Shown here: in pieces, positions 1 through 12,575 of the stretch
How the letters are laid out: each line of letters starts with the position of its first letter
How positions within the stretch are numbered: the first letter of the stretch is position 1
Assembly (NCBI GenBank): GCA_951406725.2
Contig: OX597815.1
Coordinates: 61,566,001 to 61,630,000, forward strand
Origin: Octopus vulgaris
Lineage: Eukaryota
DNA: 64,000 nt
Reading direction: 5' to 3'
Notes under the pieces: model-generated
What the model was told of the DNA's origin: nothing
The model's input: the letters and a program-made list of their open reading frames with translations, nothing else
Databases searched by the model: none
Position numbers and translations under genes: made by a program

Positions 1-1400
1 CTTGCAAAAAAAGTACCGCGGTGCCACTACCGCCCATTCTTGGCAGACAGGGGGAAAATAAATGTTGAACTGTCCGCCAACATGGTCTTTAGGGCCCGCG
101 GATTGTGGAGTCTGGTCTCACTTATGGCTATGATTTCTAACTTACGTAACTTTATGTCATTTAAGAGGTACCCTTGTTTCCAAGGGGACCCCAAGCCACG
201 CGCACTTACACAACCAATCTTGATCATAATCCTAGTGAATTAAAATACAAGCGAAAGGAACAGAGGGTTACTTACTGCTCGAAAGTTTTTGCTTTCTCCT
301 CCTTTGGTTTGTCCTCGAGGAGATCCCAGTAAAGTTTCTTCGTGAGGTATTTTTGGCATTTACCGACCGCATTGGGGAAAATGCCTTTTAGTGTGTGGTG
401 CAGACTTCTGGAGATATGTAGTATTTTGATGTGATCCGGTGGTGTTGTGTATGGGTGATTGTTTGTTTTTATGTCATCTTCTGTTATGTTTGTTTTTGAT
501 TTGATGTATTCCATCAAATTTGTGTTTTTGGTGTCTATGGCTGTGAGCACGTTTGCTGTATATATTTTTGTGGTGTTGGTGTTGTTGTTGTTTGTGGTGG
601 GTTGCGAAATGTCTTCGGGAGATGTATTCCCCCCTGCCTTGTTTGTGTTTGCATTTGGTTTGGTTGTGTTTCTGCTCTTTTTTTCCTTCCTTTTCTAGCT
701 ATTTGCCATTCCTCGCTGGTTTCGTCTTCCGACGAATTTTCTGAGGAATCAGAAGCGGGTAGGGGTATGTTGTAGGCTTCTATGTATGTCTGTGTAAGTG
801 GTTGTGTTGTTGTTTTTGTTGCTGTTGGTTGTTGAGTGTTTGTGTGTGGTGAGTGCGGTATAGGGGATGGGAAATCAGTTTTTGCATATTTTTTTGTTTT
901 TCTGTTCCTTTAGTTCTTGCTGTTGTTGGTGGTCTTGGTATTTTCTCATGTATTTTCTCGGATGTTGTATTATTTCTGGTTGTGGTTGGATTAGCTTGGT
1001 GTAGTTCTCTTGTCGTCTTCTGTGTTGATGGTAGTGTGGGTAGTAGTACTTTTTTTCTCGGAGTGTTTTGGTTGTGGTAGTGGTTGTTGTTGTTGCTCTT
1101 GTTGTGCAGTGGTTGGACACTTCTTTTTCAAATGTGTTTCGCTTCTGCACAAATAGCAACGTGGTCGCCTGCCCTCTACCACTACATAGAGTTTTTAACC
1201 ATCTGACAGTTCTATAGTGGTGGGTGTCTTTTCTCTTGTTGTTTCATCCAATTGAAGGAGGAATTGGATTGATTTTCCCACCCAGTTTTTCTGTTCTAGA
1301 ATAGCGATTTCAAGAATGTTTGTCTCTGCCATTTCAAAGCAAATGGCAGAGACTAACCAGGTGGTACATTTTTTATTTGGACTTTCGTCACCCTCTGGCC
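1..1400 (-). mobile_element. Degenerate Tx1/L1-like LINE: ORF1 with CCHC zinc knuckle and start of ORF2 (APE endonuclease)
   Basis: ORF 991..1182 contains CYLCRSETHLKKKC (CX2CX4HX4C). ORF 27..227 MIKIGCVSARGL...EIIAISETR matches the N-terminus of LINE AP-endonucleases. Frameshifted, truncated on the right by (GATA)n, continues past the left edge. Confidence 0.8.
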
Positions 1401-1426
1401 TAAATAAGTTGGTATAGATAGATAGC

Positions 1427-1518
<92 letters not shown>

Positions 1519-1559
1519 CCGGTAGATAGATATCGTTTACATTTTCTTTTTTCTCGTTT

Positions 1560-1932
1560 ACGTGTTTTAGTCAGTGGGCTGAGGCCATGCGGGAGCACTG
1601 CCTTGAAAAGTTTAGCCGAACAAATCGATACCAGTACGTATTTTACTTGTTAAGTCTAGTACTTTTTCTATCGGACTCTTGCCGAACACCCAAGTTACGG
1701 CGACGTAGACAAACCAACACCGGTTGTCAGTCGGCGGTGAGGGACAAACAGAAAGACACATACATAAATATGTGTGAGTGTGTGTGTATGTGTGTGTGTG
1801 TAAGTGTGTGAGTGTATACGACGGATTTCTTGCAGATTCCGTCTAAGAAATCCACTTGCAAGGCTTTGGTCGGCTTAGGAATATAGCAGAGGATACTTGC
1901 TCGAGGTACCACACAGTGGGATTGCGCTGCGC
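1560..1932 (-). mobile_element. tRNA-derived SINE family A, diverged copy
   Basis: Aligns by eye to 16005-16389 (gccgaac..ctaagttacgg, internal microsatellite, aaggctttggtcggc, cagtggga). Confidence 0.75.
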
Positions 1933-2437
1933 CTATACACACATACACACACACACGCACATACACACACACACACGCATGCACACACACACGTGCATAC
2001 ATACTCACACACACATACACACACACACAAACACACAAACACACACACACACATACACCCACACACACTTAGGATTTTCTATGTTTCCATATGTCTAAGC
2101 CTCACTTATGCTACCGTCAAGGTAGAACTATTTCTGCGCTGTTGACACGTATTGAAACAGAAACTATCCTCATTTCTCCGAAAAGTTTTTAATGTGACAT
2201 CGTTTTCAAAGAAATCTTTATTTTTGAAATGATCTGCCCTTACCACGAGACATCTTTTTTACTTTTCTCGTCAAGAAAAGATTAATTTGATATATCGTGC
2301 GCCACTGGCCGCTCTCGGTTATTTCTTTTCCCTCATACTTGTTTAAATTATACATATCTCTGTGTGTGTGTGTGTGTCTGTATGAATGTATGTATGTATG
2401 TTGTGTGAATGTATGTATGTATGTTGTGTGTGTGTGT

Positions 2438-2483
<46 letters not shown>

Positions 2484-4550
2484 ATGTGCGTGCGTGTGTG
2501 CGCGTGACTTCGACGCGATTTGAACTCAGAACGTACTCAGAGTAACCACAGTGTATGTACGTGTGTGTATAATTACGTTATACAACAAACAGTTACATAG
2601 TTTCTACGATTTCTGCATTGTATTTTCACCGGCCACATTCCCTTCTTCCCTCCATCCCCGCGCCAGCTAATAGTCAGATTTTATCAACACATAATGGTAT
2701 GTGAGGAAATGGTTTCCACAGCAGATCTATAACTTATATATTACGTTTAAAGAACCGAAGATCTATCGGTTTGTGCCAAGTACTTGGTTTTATTCTGGAA
2801 AAAAGACTGCTTCTGTATATCGCCAGAAAATTTCGCATGCAAATATATTATTCCATAACTTTTAAAACGTGTCGTTCTGCAGACCGTCTTTTAGATATTT
2901 AATCCCATTCTGATGCTGGGCCATTTATCTTTAATGAAGCTTTTGGAAACAATGATATATGATTTATTGTTGATGTTGTCCATGTTCTTTCCTGATTGTA
3001 TTTAGATATGACTTAGTTGAAATTCTGATCTAGATTTCAGTTGTATGAGCAATATGGTTTAAGATCTTCTTTAGAAAGGTTTCTTTCTTTCTTTATTGTT
3101 TTCACTGCGATATTGTTGTTTGTCACCTTTTGGAACACAATTTGTACTTAAGTTAAGCATTAGTTAAGATTAGTTAAGATTATTTCAATAATATTAAGTT
3201 TAGTAAATGACATTTTCACTCAAAGACTTGAGTTCAAACCTTCTACTTTCCCCTACATCTCGCATTTCATCGTTATTTTTCTTATGCTTCCAATTTACCA
3301 AACAATCTCTTGATATTTTCAAACAATCTGTTTCACTAAAACCGTTCTATCCGAATTGTTTTAGCGTAACTACCTTTGTTCTCATTCTTTCCGTCACTAC
3401 AGTTACAACGTTCTCTTTTCATTCTTCACCTTGTATTTTCTTTCTAATGATTTAATGAACCTTCCTTTTGTTAGTGCTCCTTCTTTGAAGAGCCTTTATC
3501 CTACATGAACCGACGAAGTTATTTTCCTTATACACTTTTTGATAATGTCTAAAAGTTTCATGCCGTATGCAGGTGGTTAATTTTATCACATAATTCTTTT
3601 TTTTTTTTCTTTTTGGATGGTTTGTGTTCTGTCATTTCATCATGTGGACTGCAGTTATCTTCAAACTTGTCAGATGATAGCAGCTGTATACAGAGAATTA
3701 TTGATTAGCTCGCTCCAAATATCACATAATTTTTTTATTCTCTTAGGGATATCGCAGGTTGTTGAGGTTCTTTTTTTTCCAACTTACGGGAAAACTCATT
3801 GGTCGTCTAAAAATAGTGTTAAACATTCGAGTAATTTTCTCTCAAACTACGAAATGTTTATTTGTGTATATAATACTGTCTTCTTTATCGAAATAGCTTA
3901 TATAGAAATCTGTATGTCGGTAGCGATGTCTATGCAAGCTAAAGCTTGACATCTTTATCGCTCTCTTCAGCGGTAGGTTTTGGCTAGATTTGGGTGTCTT
4001 CAGAAAATCGACCGATGTCAATGTAGCTGCAATAACGAATGTTATCTCTGGCAGCCATTTTGGATGTAACGAATGTTTGTTTCCCTGTTTAAGATATGGA
4101 GGGCTTTAAGTTTGGATGGATGAATCTAGTCCCAGAAATCTCCTTCATGTAACAGAAAAGTGAATTGTTGCGAGTTACTGAATATCAACGGGATAAATCT
4201 GAATTTAGACATAAAGTTCAAGTGAAGCGGAATAAATATTTAGGATCTCTCCTATTGTTCAATGCCATGGTAGTCTTGTGAGGTGCATGTGTGTGTATAT
4301 GATGGGGGAGCGTTGTTACAGACATTAATAGCAGCCATGATGGTTGTAACGAAATTCCATTTAGTGAAAAGTATTTAGTACATTCTGAGCCGGATACAAC
4401 TGTGCTGTTGAGTAATAAGTGTTACTCAGACACACACACACAAACACACACACACACGCACGCACGCACGCACGTACACACAAACACATGTACCTACCTA
4501 CTTACACACACATACTCACATAAATATGTATATATACATATATACATATG

Positions 4551-4603
<53 letters not shown>

Positions 4604-4611
4604 AGAGAGAG

Positions 4612-4642
<31 letters not shown>

Positions 4643-4821
4643 TGTATGTATGTATGTATGTATGTATGCATGTATGTATGCATATATGTACATATATGTA
4701 TATACCAGGTAAATGTTAGGTACGGCTCTAAGCTGCAATAGGTCAAAATAATTACATAGGAAAATGTTGAAACATGTAATTATGAACAGTCCACTATGCC
4801 TGCACGTCTGTTGTTCGTTTA

Positions 4822-4896
<75 letters not shown>

Positions 4897-5514
4897 ACGG
4901 ATGTATTTTTCTGTGTATTTATGTGTCGGTGTGAGTTCCTCAGCCATTCTTTCTCCCCTTTCTCCTCTTCTCCATCCCTGTCTTTCTCTCTCGCTCACTT
5001 TTCTCATTCCCTCTTTCTCACTCTATAGATAGATACGTATGTTGTTACACATCGCTGGTGACAATGCGCTTCGCATTATTATTTTTTTCATCTAAGACTG
5101 TGTTGAACTTAAAATGATTGCTGCGTAGAAGATACAAACCAATCGTTCAGAAAAGCACAGAAATTGTTAACTTTACTTAAACGTTTATTATTTGTGATAA
5201 TGTGTCAAAATTTTCGTCTTTATAAGTTGTGGCGGAGTTCAAAGTTTATTACCGTGTTTTAAGTTTAAAAGTGTTTTGACCATATTTTAATAAAAAAAAA
5301 TACTAATAAAATTAAAGCGAAGATCAAATAAATAATGCGTGTATTTACTTGACGAAAGATGACCATTCTCAAGTATAACGTTATCACATCAAGAATCTTG
5401 CCAAACAAACGCGCGGTATTTTAATTGGCTCACCGTCGGTTACGACGACGAGGCTTCCAGCTGAGCACTCCACAGACACGTACTCCACTCTGTGGAGTGC
5501 TCAGCTGGAAATCG

Positions 5515-5681
5515 GAGTGACACATAATGTGACAAGGCTGGCCCTTGGAATTACAGGTACAACTCATTTTTGACAGCTGAGTGAACTGGAACAACGCAAA
5601 ATAGAGTGTCTTGCTCAAGGACACAATGTGTCTTATGGTCGTGAGCCGAATAGCCTTACCACTAAGTCACGCGCCTTCACA
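5515..5681 (-). mobile_element. tRNA-derived SINE family C
   Basis: Reverse complement gives head gtgaaggcgcgtgacttagtggtaagg and core gtgtccttgagcaagacac. Related pieces at about 25500-25620 (+) and 62830-62980 (-). Confidence 0.6.
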
Positions 5682-5818
5682 ATATTTTTATTATTGATCT
5701 ATTGATTCACTTTCTACTTAAAGATTAACTCCAGATCGAAATATTTTGCTTCTATTTCCATTCAAATTCCTGCCAACATAAAATGTATCTTAACTATACC
5801 ACCAGTTCTGCTAACTAT

Positions 5819-5923
<105 letters not shown>

Positions 5924-5924
5924 C

Positions 5925-6053
5925 CAAAGGTTCTTAACCGGGGTCTATATGGCCCATTTTCTTGAAATTTTATACATTGAATGGATATGAAGGTCCAGCA
6001 ATGTAAAATGGGAATCAAAATGGTCAAAGACAATAAATGGTTGAGAACCACTG
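5925..6053. mobile_element. hAT-type MITE (129 bp)
   Basis: Imperfect TIRs caaaggttcttaacc / ggttgagaaccactg (CAGTGGTTCTCAACC type). 8-bp TSD agatagac / atatagac (7/8 match). Confidence 0.75.
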
Positions 6054-6350
6054 ATATAGACTGTTACACTTGTAAGCATATGTGTATGTCGTTAGGGTAA
6101 GTTTATTTACTTGGTCTTTCTGTGTATTTCTAATGAGTGGAGATATCTTTTCTCATCAATTTGTTTTAGTCATTAGACTGCGGCCATGCTGGAACACCCC
6201 ATTGAAGAATCTTTAATCAAATGAATCAACTCCAGTACGTATTCCATCGGATCGCTTTTGCTGATCCGCTATGATACCATTACCAGTTGTCATGCTGTAA
6301 TGGGAGGAGAATCATAGACACAAAGACATACACACACACACACGCAGATG

Positions 6351-6395
<45 letters not shown>

Positions 6396-6447
6396 GAAAA
6401 AACAAGTCAAGATAGAAAATGCTAAAATAATTTTATAAAGAACATTT

Positions 6448-6484
6448 CAGTACCGGTTTCAGTCATTTGAGACCTTTTCAACTG
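6448..6484 (-). ncRNA. Type I hammerhead ribozyme, U3-A8 core variant
   Basis: Reverse complement: cag UUGAAAA ggtc-tcaaat-gact GAAA CCG GUA ctg. Palindromic ACCGGU stem III. Lies in the PLE 3' UTR. Confidence 0.7.
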
Positions 6485-6912
6485 TAACGATTAAATAATT
6501 AAATTTAGAAACATTAAAAGAAAAGTTTTTTTAAAAGAATATTTGTATAGTGTTCAAATATAAGTGGCATTTTCCTTGTTTCTACCTTTCTCTGTCTCTC
6601 TTGTTTACACTTGTGGGCTCGAGGTCGTTGTGAATTCTTGGTAGGGAAGAAGAAGAAGAAGAAGAAGAAGAAGAAGAAGAAGAAGAAGAAGAAGAAGAAG
6701 AAGAAGAGGAGGAGGAGGAGAAGGGGGAGAAAGAATTTGGGAGTGCCTTGATTGTCGTATTTTGAGTGGTCAGTGGCGGCTAGCAGTTGCTGTTCAATTC
6801 ATGAGAATATTTCTATTGAAAGGTTTGTTTATAGAATTTGCGTAGGTGTTATACTAAAAAGCATTAGTGATAAAGTTAGGAAGTAGGAGGGGGAGAAGAA
6901 GAAGGAGAAGAA

Positions 6913-6956
<44 letters not shown>

Positions 6957-7232
6957 CGACGACGACGACGATGATGATGATAATGATGAAGAAGAAGAAG
7001 AAGAAGAAGAAGAAGAAGAAGAAGAAGAAGAAGAAGAAGAAGAAGAAGAAGAAGAAGAAGAAGAAGAAGAAGAAGAAGAAGAAGGGAGAATATGAATGAG
7101 TGGAAGTAGTGAGATGTTGTACGACTTAAAGTTGGCACGTTATGGGTTATAGCTGTGATTGGGGCTGATTTTTAATAGATTCTTAGGAATGTAATATTTG
7201 CGTGTGTATTTGTGTTATTCTAAAGCCGAGGT

Positions 7233-7317
7233 GGATATACCTATTTCTTTACTACCCACAAGGGGCTAAACACAGAGGGGACAAACAAGGACAGACAAAC
7301 GGATTAAGTCGATTACA
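7233..7317 (-). mobile_element. 3' tail fragment of SINE family D
   Basis: Matches 26665-26745 (cctatttct..tacccacaag.ggctaaaca.agaggggacaaacaaggacagaca). Confidence 0.7.
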
Positions 7318-8262
7318 TACCGTTTGTCGTAGACCCGTTCAGAAGGGCCTGTATTTTGTAATAAAGAGAGTTTCTTTACTTATTCGTTGGCTCGAGGTTG
7401 TATCGTCCCTGAATTGGTAGAGGGGGAAAATCCTGAAGCTTGGTGTTTTGTTGTTGGCGCAAATATCTATGTGTTGGTTGAATGCTATTTTTCTGTTTTG
7501 GGGAAATTTTATCTAGGTTCTGTGCAGGGCCATTCTTTTACGCAAACTATTTTTTTATTGACACCCAGAGCAGGTTAGTGTGTATATCAGGTTCTCCGAA
7601 GCACATGTGAAATTACTTTTTACTTTGAACCGTTGTCCCTGTTCGAAGGAGAACTCTGATCCCGCATATCCCGCAATTGGGTCTTCCACATTTTTTTACT
7701 CTCGGCTTCTGTGTTGATGAGCGTATTCGGGCTTGTGTTAGGAGACTTTTCATAGATTTAGGCTGTCTCTTGCTTTTTATGATCGTGTGTGTTTGGAGGA
7801 TTGTGTTCATTCTGTGGTCTTTTTTTAGCAGGGGTATGTTTTGGAGGATGGTGTCGAAGGCTTCATTGTTGAGGGGGTTGTGTGTGGAGATGTATGGTAA
7901 GGCTTTTGGTCGTAAATTTTCCTTTAATTTGGGATGTCTGAGTTCCTGGATGTTGAGTTGAAGGGCACGTTGAATGCATATGTCAATAAGTGAAGGTGGG
8001 TAGTTCCTGGTGATGAGGGTATCTTTTAGTTCTTGTAGTCGTGTGTCTCTGGTGTTTGCATTAGAAATTATAGTACATAGCCTTTTTGCTAGATTGAAGG
8101 GGATAATCATTCTGGTGTGTCTGGGGTGGCATCAATTAAATGGAAGATATTGCTTAGAATCTGTACGCGGATAGTATATATCTGTTTCTATTATATTATT
8201 AGATTTCTTAATGAGGATGTCGAGGAAGGGGAGTTGTTGCTGGCTATATTCCATCGTGAATT

Positions 8263-8351
<89 letters not shown>

Positions 8352-8429
8352 GTATATACATACACACATAAATATATATATATGTGTGTGTGTAAGTGTC
8401 TGTGTGTATGTATGTATGTATGTATGTAT

Positions 8430-8820
8430 GAGAACATCGTTGTCTTCGTCTGCCGAAAAACGCATTTTTTTTCCAAAATACGCCAGCTAAACTAAGTTGT
8501 AATGTCTATAGTCGTAAGACACCCGCTGTTTTTGTCCTGTTATTACTATTATTGTTTTTGTATTTATATTCGTGTGGCATCGTCCGTTTTTCTGTCCTTG
8601 TTTTGTATACATTCGATCCTTTTTCCAAGAAATCTAATGCTCGTAGCTTAGTTTTTCCTTGGGGCTGGCCAGATCGGAGCGATCTCAAGATTAATCCGAC
8701 GAAATTGCGAGGATGATCCAGTTCTTGACTGAAGATTGAAGGCTTCGAATGTCCCCTCCGTATTTTTGTATCGTCTTCTAAATGTTTTACGTTCTTGTCC
8801 CATTTTGTATTTTTCTACAT
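8430..8820 (+). mobile_element. Microsatellite-flanked dispersed repeat family P1, probable PLE 3' UTR/pLTR
   Basis: Homologous to 38618-38750, 38849-39330 (-), 61381-61890 and 62240-62748 (ggctggcc...gaaatt..gatgatcc.gttcttgactgaagat). Confidence 0.65.
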
Positions 8821-8828
8821 ATATGTAT

Positions 8829-9123
8829 GTGGAGGCGCAATGGCCCAGTAGTTGGGGCAGCGGACTCGCGGTTTCAATTCCCAGTCGTTGTGAGTGTTTA
8901 TTGAGCGAAAACACATAAAAGCTCCACAAGGCTCCAGCAGGAGTTGGTGACGATCCCTGCTGTACTCTTTCGCCACGACTTTCTCTCACTCTTTCTTCTG
9001 TTGACCTGCTCGCTTAGCCAGCGGGGTGGCGTCATTTGAAGGCTAAAATAATGCGAAGCGCATTGTGACCAGCGATGTGTAACAACATCCACTAGCCTGG
9101 TCGGTCACGGTGATCACGATGAT
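8829..9123 (+). mobile_element. tRNA-derived SINE family B (Arg-like TCG anticodon region)
   Basis: Head ggaggcgcaatggcccagt (A box), ggactcgcgg, B-box-like tttcaattccc. Other copies at 10870-11051 (-), 44383-44564 (+), 48736-49045 (-). Confidence 0.8.
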
Positions 9124-9186
9124 GTATGTATGTGTGTGTTTGTTTGTGTACAAGGTGAAAATACATACATATATATGTATAAGTCC

Positions 9187-9233
<47 letters not shown>

Positions 9234-9715
9234 TACACATAGATACATATGCACTCACACACATACATGATTACACACCCATGCATACACACATGCATGC
9301 ATGTATAAGCACATGTATGCATGTATAGGTACACACACGCACACACACACTGATCCACACACATGCGCAGAAACAAACAAAAAGGAACACAGTGTGAGTA
9401 ACAGACAAAGTCAAAACTATTGAAAAGGTTGCAAGACGCAACGAAAATTTTAGAAAAATAAAAAAAGAAATAAGAGGAAATTTTACCGGTGAGTGTGTTA
9501 AATTATAAGGCACTAAAAGAGAATGACTCTCCCCAGACATAATTGAAAATGCACCTATATTTACTGGAAATAGGAGTCAATAATATACGACGCTATGGGA
9601 AAGCTTCACTATATATATATATTGGCAAAGGTGTTTTACGGGCGGACAACGTAACATTTTTTTTTATCTTACCTGTAGGAAGAACATTAAATAAATGTAC
9701 AACCTGGATGTGGAC

Positions 9716-9791
9716 AATCTAGGACCTAGATTTCGAGCTTTCCAAATTACGTTTGTCAATGTAAATTTGATTAGTTCTCTTCCGTTAGATT
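9716..9791 (-). ncRNA. Hammerhead ribozyme, variant core (CGGAAGA)
   Basis: Reverse complement: aatctaa CGGAAGA gaact...agctc GAAA tctag GUC ctagatt. Confidence 0.5.
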
Positions 9792-10045
9792 CACCTAAAT
9801 AAAGTTTCGAATGTTGCTGCATCAATGCCAATATACTCGTCTGAATGCCTGGCCGTTAACAGACCGAGAACAGTGAAAAAGTTTTCAAAGAAAAGATTAT
9901 TAAATAGTGCAATACAGTAATATTGCTTCCCAATAAAACAAAGCACTATCAGGTTGAAGTATAAATATAGAATAGTGGCATAACAATGAAGCAATATTTA
10001 CTGGAAACCGCAGTCGATAATATACGACGCTATAGTAAAGCTTCA

Positions 10046-10113
<68 letters not shown>

Positions 10114-10253
10114 TGGTAAAGATGATTGCGGGTGGCGAACATAAAAGAATTTATCTTACCTGTAGGAAGAACATTAAATAAATGCATAACCCAGATGTGG
10201 ATAATCTAAGACCTAGGTTTCGAACTTTACAAATTCAAAACTTAGTCCAGGTG

Positions 10254-10329
10254 AATCTAACCGAAGAGAACTAATCAAATTTACGTTAACAAGCGTAATT
10301 TAGAAAGTTCGAAACCTAGGTCCTAGATT
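10254..10329 (+). ncRNA. Type I hammerhead ribozyme, U4C core variant
   Basis: aatctaa CCGAAGA gaact-(33 nt)-agttc GAAA C CUAG GUC ctagatt. Palindromic ACCUAGGU. Confidence 0.65.
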
Positions 10330-10419
10330 ATCCACATCTGGGTTGGACATTTATTTAATGTTCTTCCTACAGGTAACATAAAAATATTTTACGTTCGCCG
10401 CCCGCAAACATCTTTGCCA

Positions 10420-10482
<63 letters not shown>

Positions 10483-10869
10483 TTACTTGGAGAAAAGAAA
10501 CGAAACGATGCGATGGCGCTCAGTCATACAATAATTTAATAAATAAAATATATGCATACATACATACATATATGTACGTACCTACATCTACATGTATATA
10601 TACATGCATATATATATATACAGGCAAAGATGTTTGCGGGCGGCGAACATAATTTTTTTTTATCTTACCTGTAGGAAGAACATTAAATAAATGTACAACC
10701 TACAGGTGGATAATTCAGGACCTAGGTTTCGAACTTTTCAAAATTCGAAATTGTGTCTCGGTGAATCTAAACGGAGAGAACTAATCATATTTACATTAAC
10801 AAACGTAATTTGGAAAGTTCGAAACCTAGCGTGACAAGGCTGGCCCTTTGAAACACAGGTACAACAGAA

Positions 10870-11047
10870 ACAGGAAGAAAGAGTGAAGAGAAAGTTGTGG
10901 TGAAAGAGCACGGCACGTTTCGCCACCATTTCCTACCGGAGCTTTAGATGTTTTCGCTCAATAAAGACTCACAACGCCCGGTCTGGGAATCCAAACCGCG
11001 ATCCTCCGACCGCGAGTCCGCTACCGTAACCATTGGGCCATTGCGCC

Positions 11048-11051
<4 letters not shown>
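10870..11051 (-). mobile_element. SINE family B copy
   Basis: Reverse complement gaaggcgcaatggcccaatggttacggtagcggactcgcggtcgg... matches 8829. Confidence 0.75.
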
Positions 11052-11105
<54 letters not shown>

Positions 11106-12239
11106 AAATGGACACACATACACACCATACAAAGACAGAAAGATATATGAGTGTTATTATAGATGTTTGTAAAATTGTATGTTTATAAATGTGAGATCAT
11201 TTAACCGAGGACACGCCATGACGTAAGCGCTATTTTATAAGATATATCCACATGCATATACAGAGCATAGATATATATGTTTGCGTATGTGTGTGTATGT
11301 GTATATGTGTGTTTGTGTATCTGTGTGTGTGTGTATGTGTGTCTGGATATGTCTGAGTGTCTGTATGAAGGCGTCTGTATGTATGTGGATATGTCTGTAT
11401 GAAGGTGTGTGTATATTTGTATACTACCACACAAGCCCATGTAAACACATAAATTCACGAAGACACGTAAGCACACACGTAGTCAAGGACACATACGTGC
11501 ACAAGCCCACATACACATACTCACATACACACACGGACACACTCGTACGCACACACACGTACACACCCATGTACTCACTCATAAACACAGATATACACAC
11601 ATGTACACTCACGCAGCTGCTGTCAACCCTCATAGAGCCACCATGTTTTACTGTCAAACCTCTTTTCATTATTGTCGACGCCATATCAATCAATCGTGTT
11701 GCTGTTGTAGCCGCCGCCATCACCACCTCCACCACCACCACCACCACCACCACCACCACCATCGCAACCATTTATAACAACAGCAACAACGATGACGTCG
11801 ACAATGACAACGATTCTATTTACAACCAGTAATACCACTAATATTGACCGCCAAATAAACACCAACACCGACCATCATCAAAACCACTAGCACTAGCATC
11901 AGCACCAGCACGAACACCACCATCACTACCATCATTGCCTTCAACGTCATCAAGTTTGACACCCCTCCCCCCATTTATTTCCACTTCCACCATCGTCATT
12001 ACTAATCTACCACCACCACCACCCACGTCACCACTGCAACCATGTTTGTCATCAGTCTCCACGAACGCTACTACCAATTTCCCTTCTAAGCTTAACCTAC
12101 TACTACCACCACCATCACCACCACCACCACCACCAAAACCACCAATACATCACCAGTATTATGCGCCACCCCCATCGAAAGTATCATCACTACTACTTCT
12201 CCTGTTCCTTCAAATCCACCACCACCAGTGTTGTTTGAA

Positions 12240-12575
12240 GAGGGCGGCGAGTTGACAGAATTGTGAGAGCGTCGGATAAATTGCTTGCAGTATTTCTTCC
12301 GACTCGTTAAATCCTGAGTTCAAATTCCTCCGGTAATAACTCTTGCTTTCATCTCACCAGGATCAATAAAATAAAGTACCTGTAGCATCCTGGGGTCGAT
12401 GGTATCGACAAGCACCCTCCCTTCAAAATCACTGGTCTTGTGCCAAAATTTGAAACCAATAAAGTGGCAAGCTGACAAAATCCTTAGTATATTAAACTAG
12501 ATATTTTGCGATATTTCTTCCGGCTCATTAAGTTCTGAGTTCAAATTCAGCCGAGGCTGACCTCGTCTTTCAACC
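12240..12575 (+). mobile_element. SINE family D (Meta-domain-like), one copy plus a partial tandem copy
   Basis: ggcggcgagttgacagaa..ctgagttcaaattc..gctttcatc..gatcaataaaataaagtacc. Related pieces at 19370-19495 and 26665-26820 (-). Confidence 0.6.

Larger units (their letters stand above)
6395..8265 (-). mobile_element. 5'-truncated Penelope-like element (RT C-terminus, linker, GIY-YIG, 3' UTR with hammerhead)
   Basis: FTMEYSQQQLPFLDILIKK..ETDIYY..TDSKQYL (PLE RT end), IPFNLAKRLCTIIS..RNYP, CGRPNCGIC, then FTCASENLIYTLTCSGCQ (7560-7620, GIY-YIG with CxxC). Stops and frameshifts present. Bounded by (TA)n on both sides, with GAA/GAT repeats and a SINE tail inside. Confidence 0.9.
9558..10829. 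mobile_element. Cluster of five direct and inverted copies of a hammerhead-bearing repeat interleaved with (TA)n
   Basis: Block ttatcttacctgtaggaagaacattaaataaatg..ggacctaggtttcgaac occurs at about 9660, 10150 and 10660, and inverted at about 10310-10380. 9558-9610 repeats at 9996-10048. Confidence 0.8.

Noticed and set aside
8829-8885. tRNA gene-like heads here and in the other SINEs
   Set aside because: No complete cloverleaf; each continues into a SINE body.
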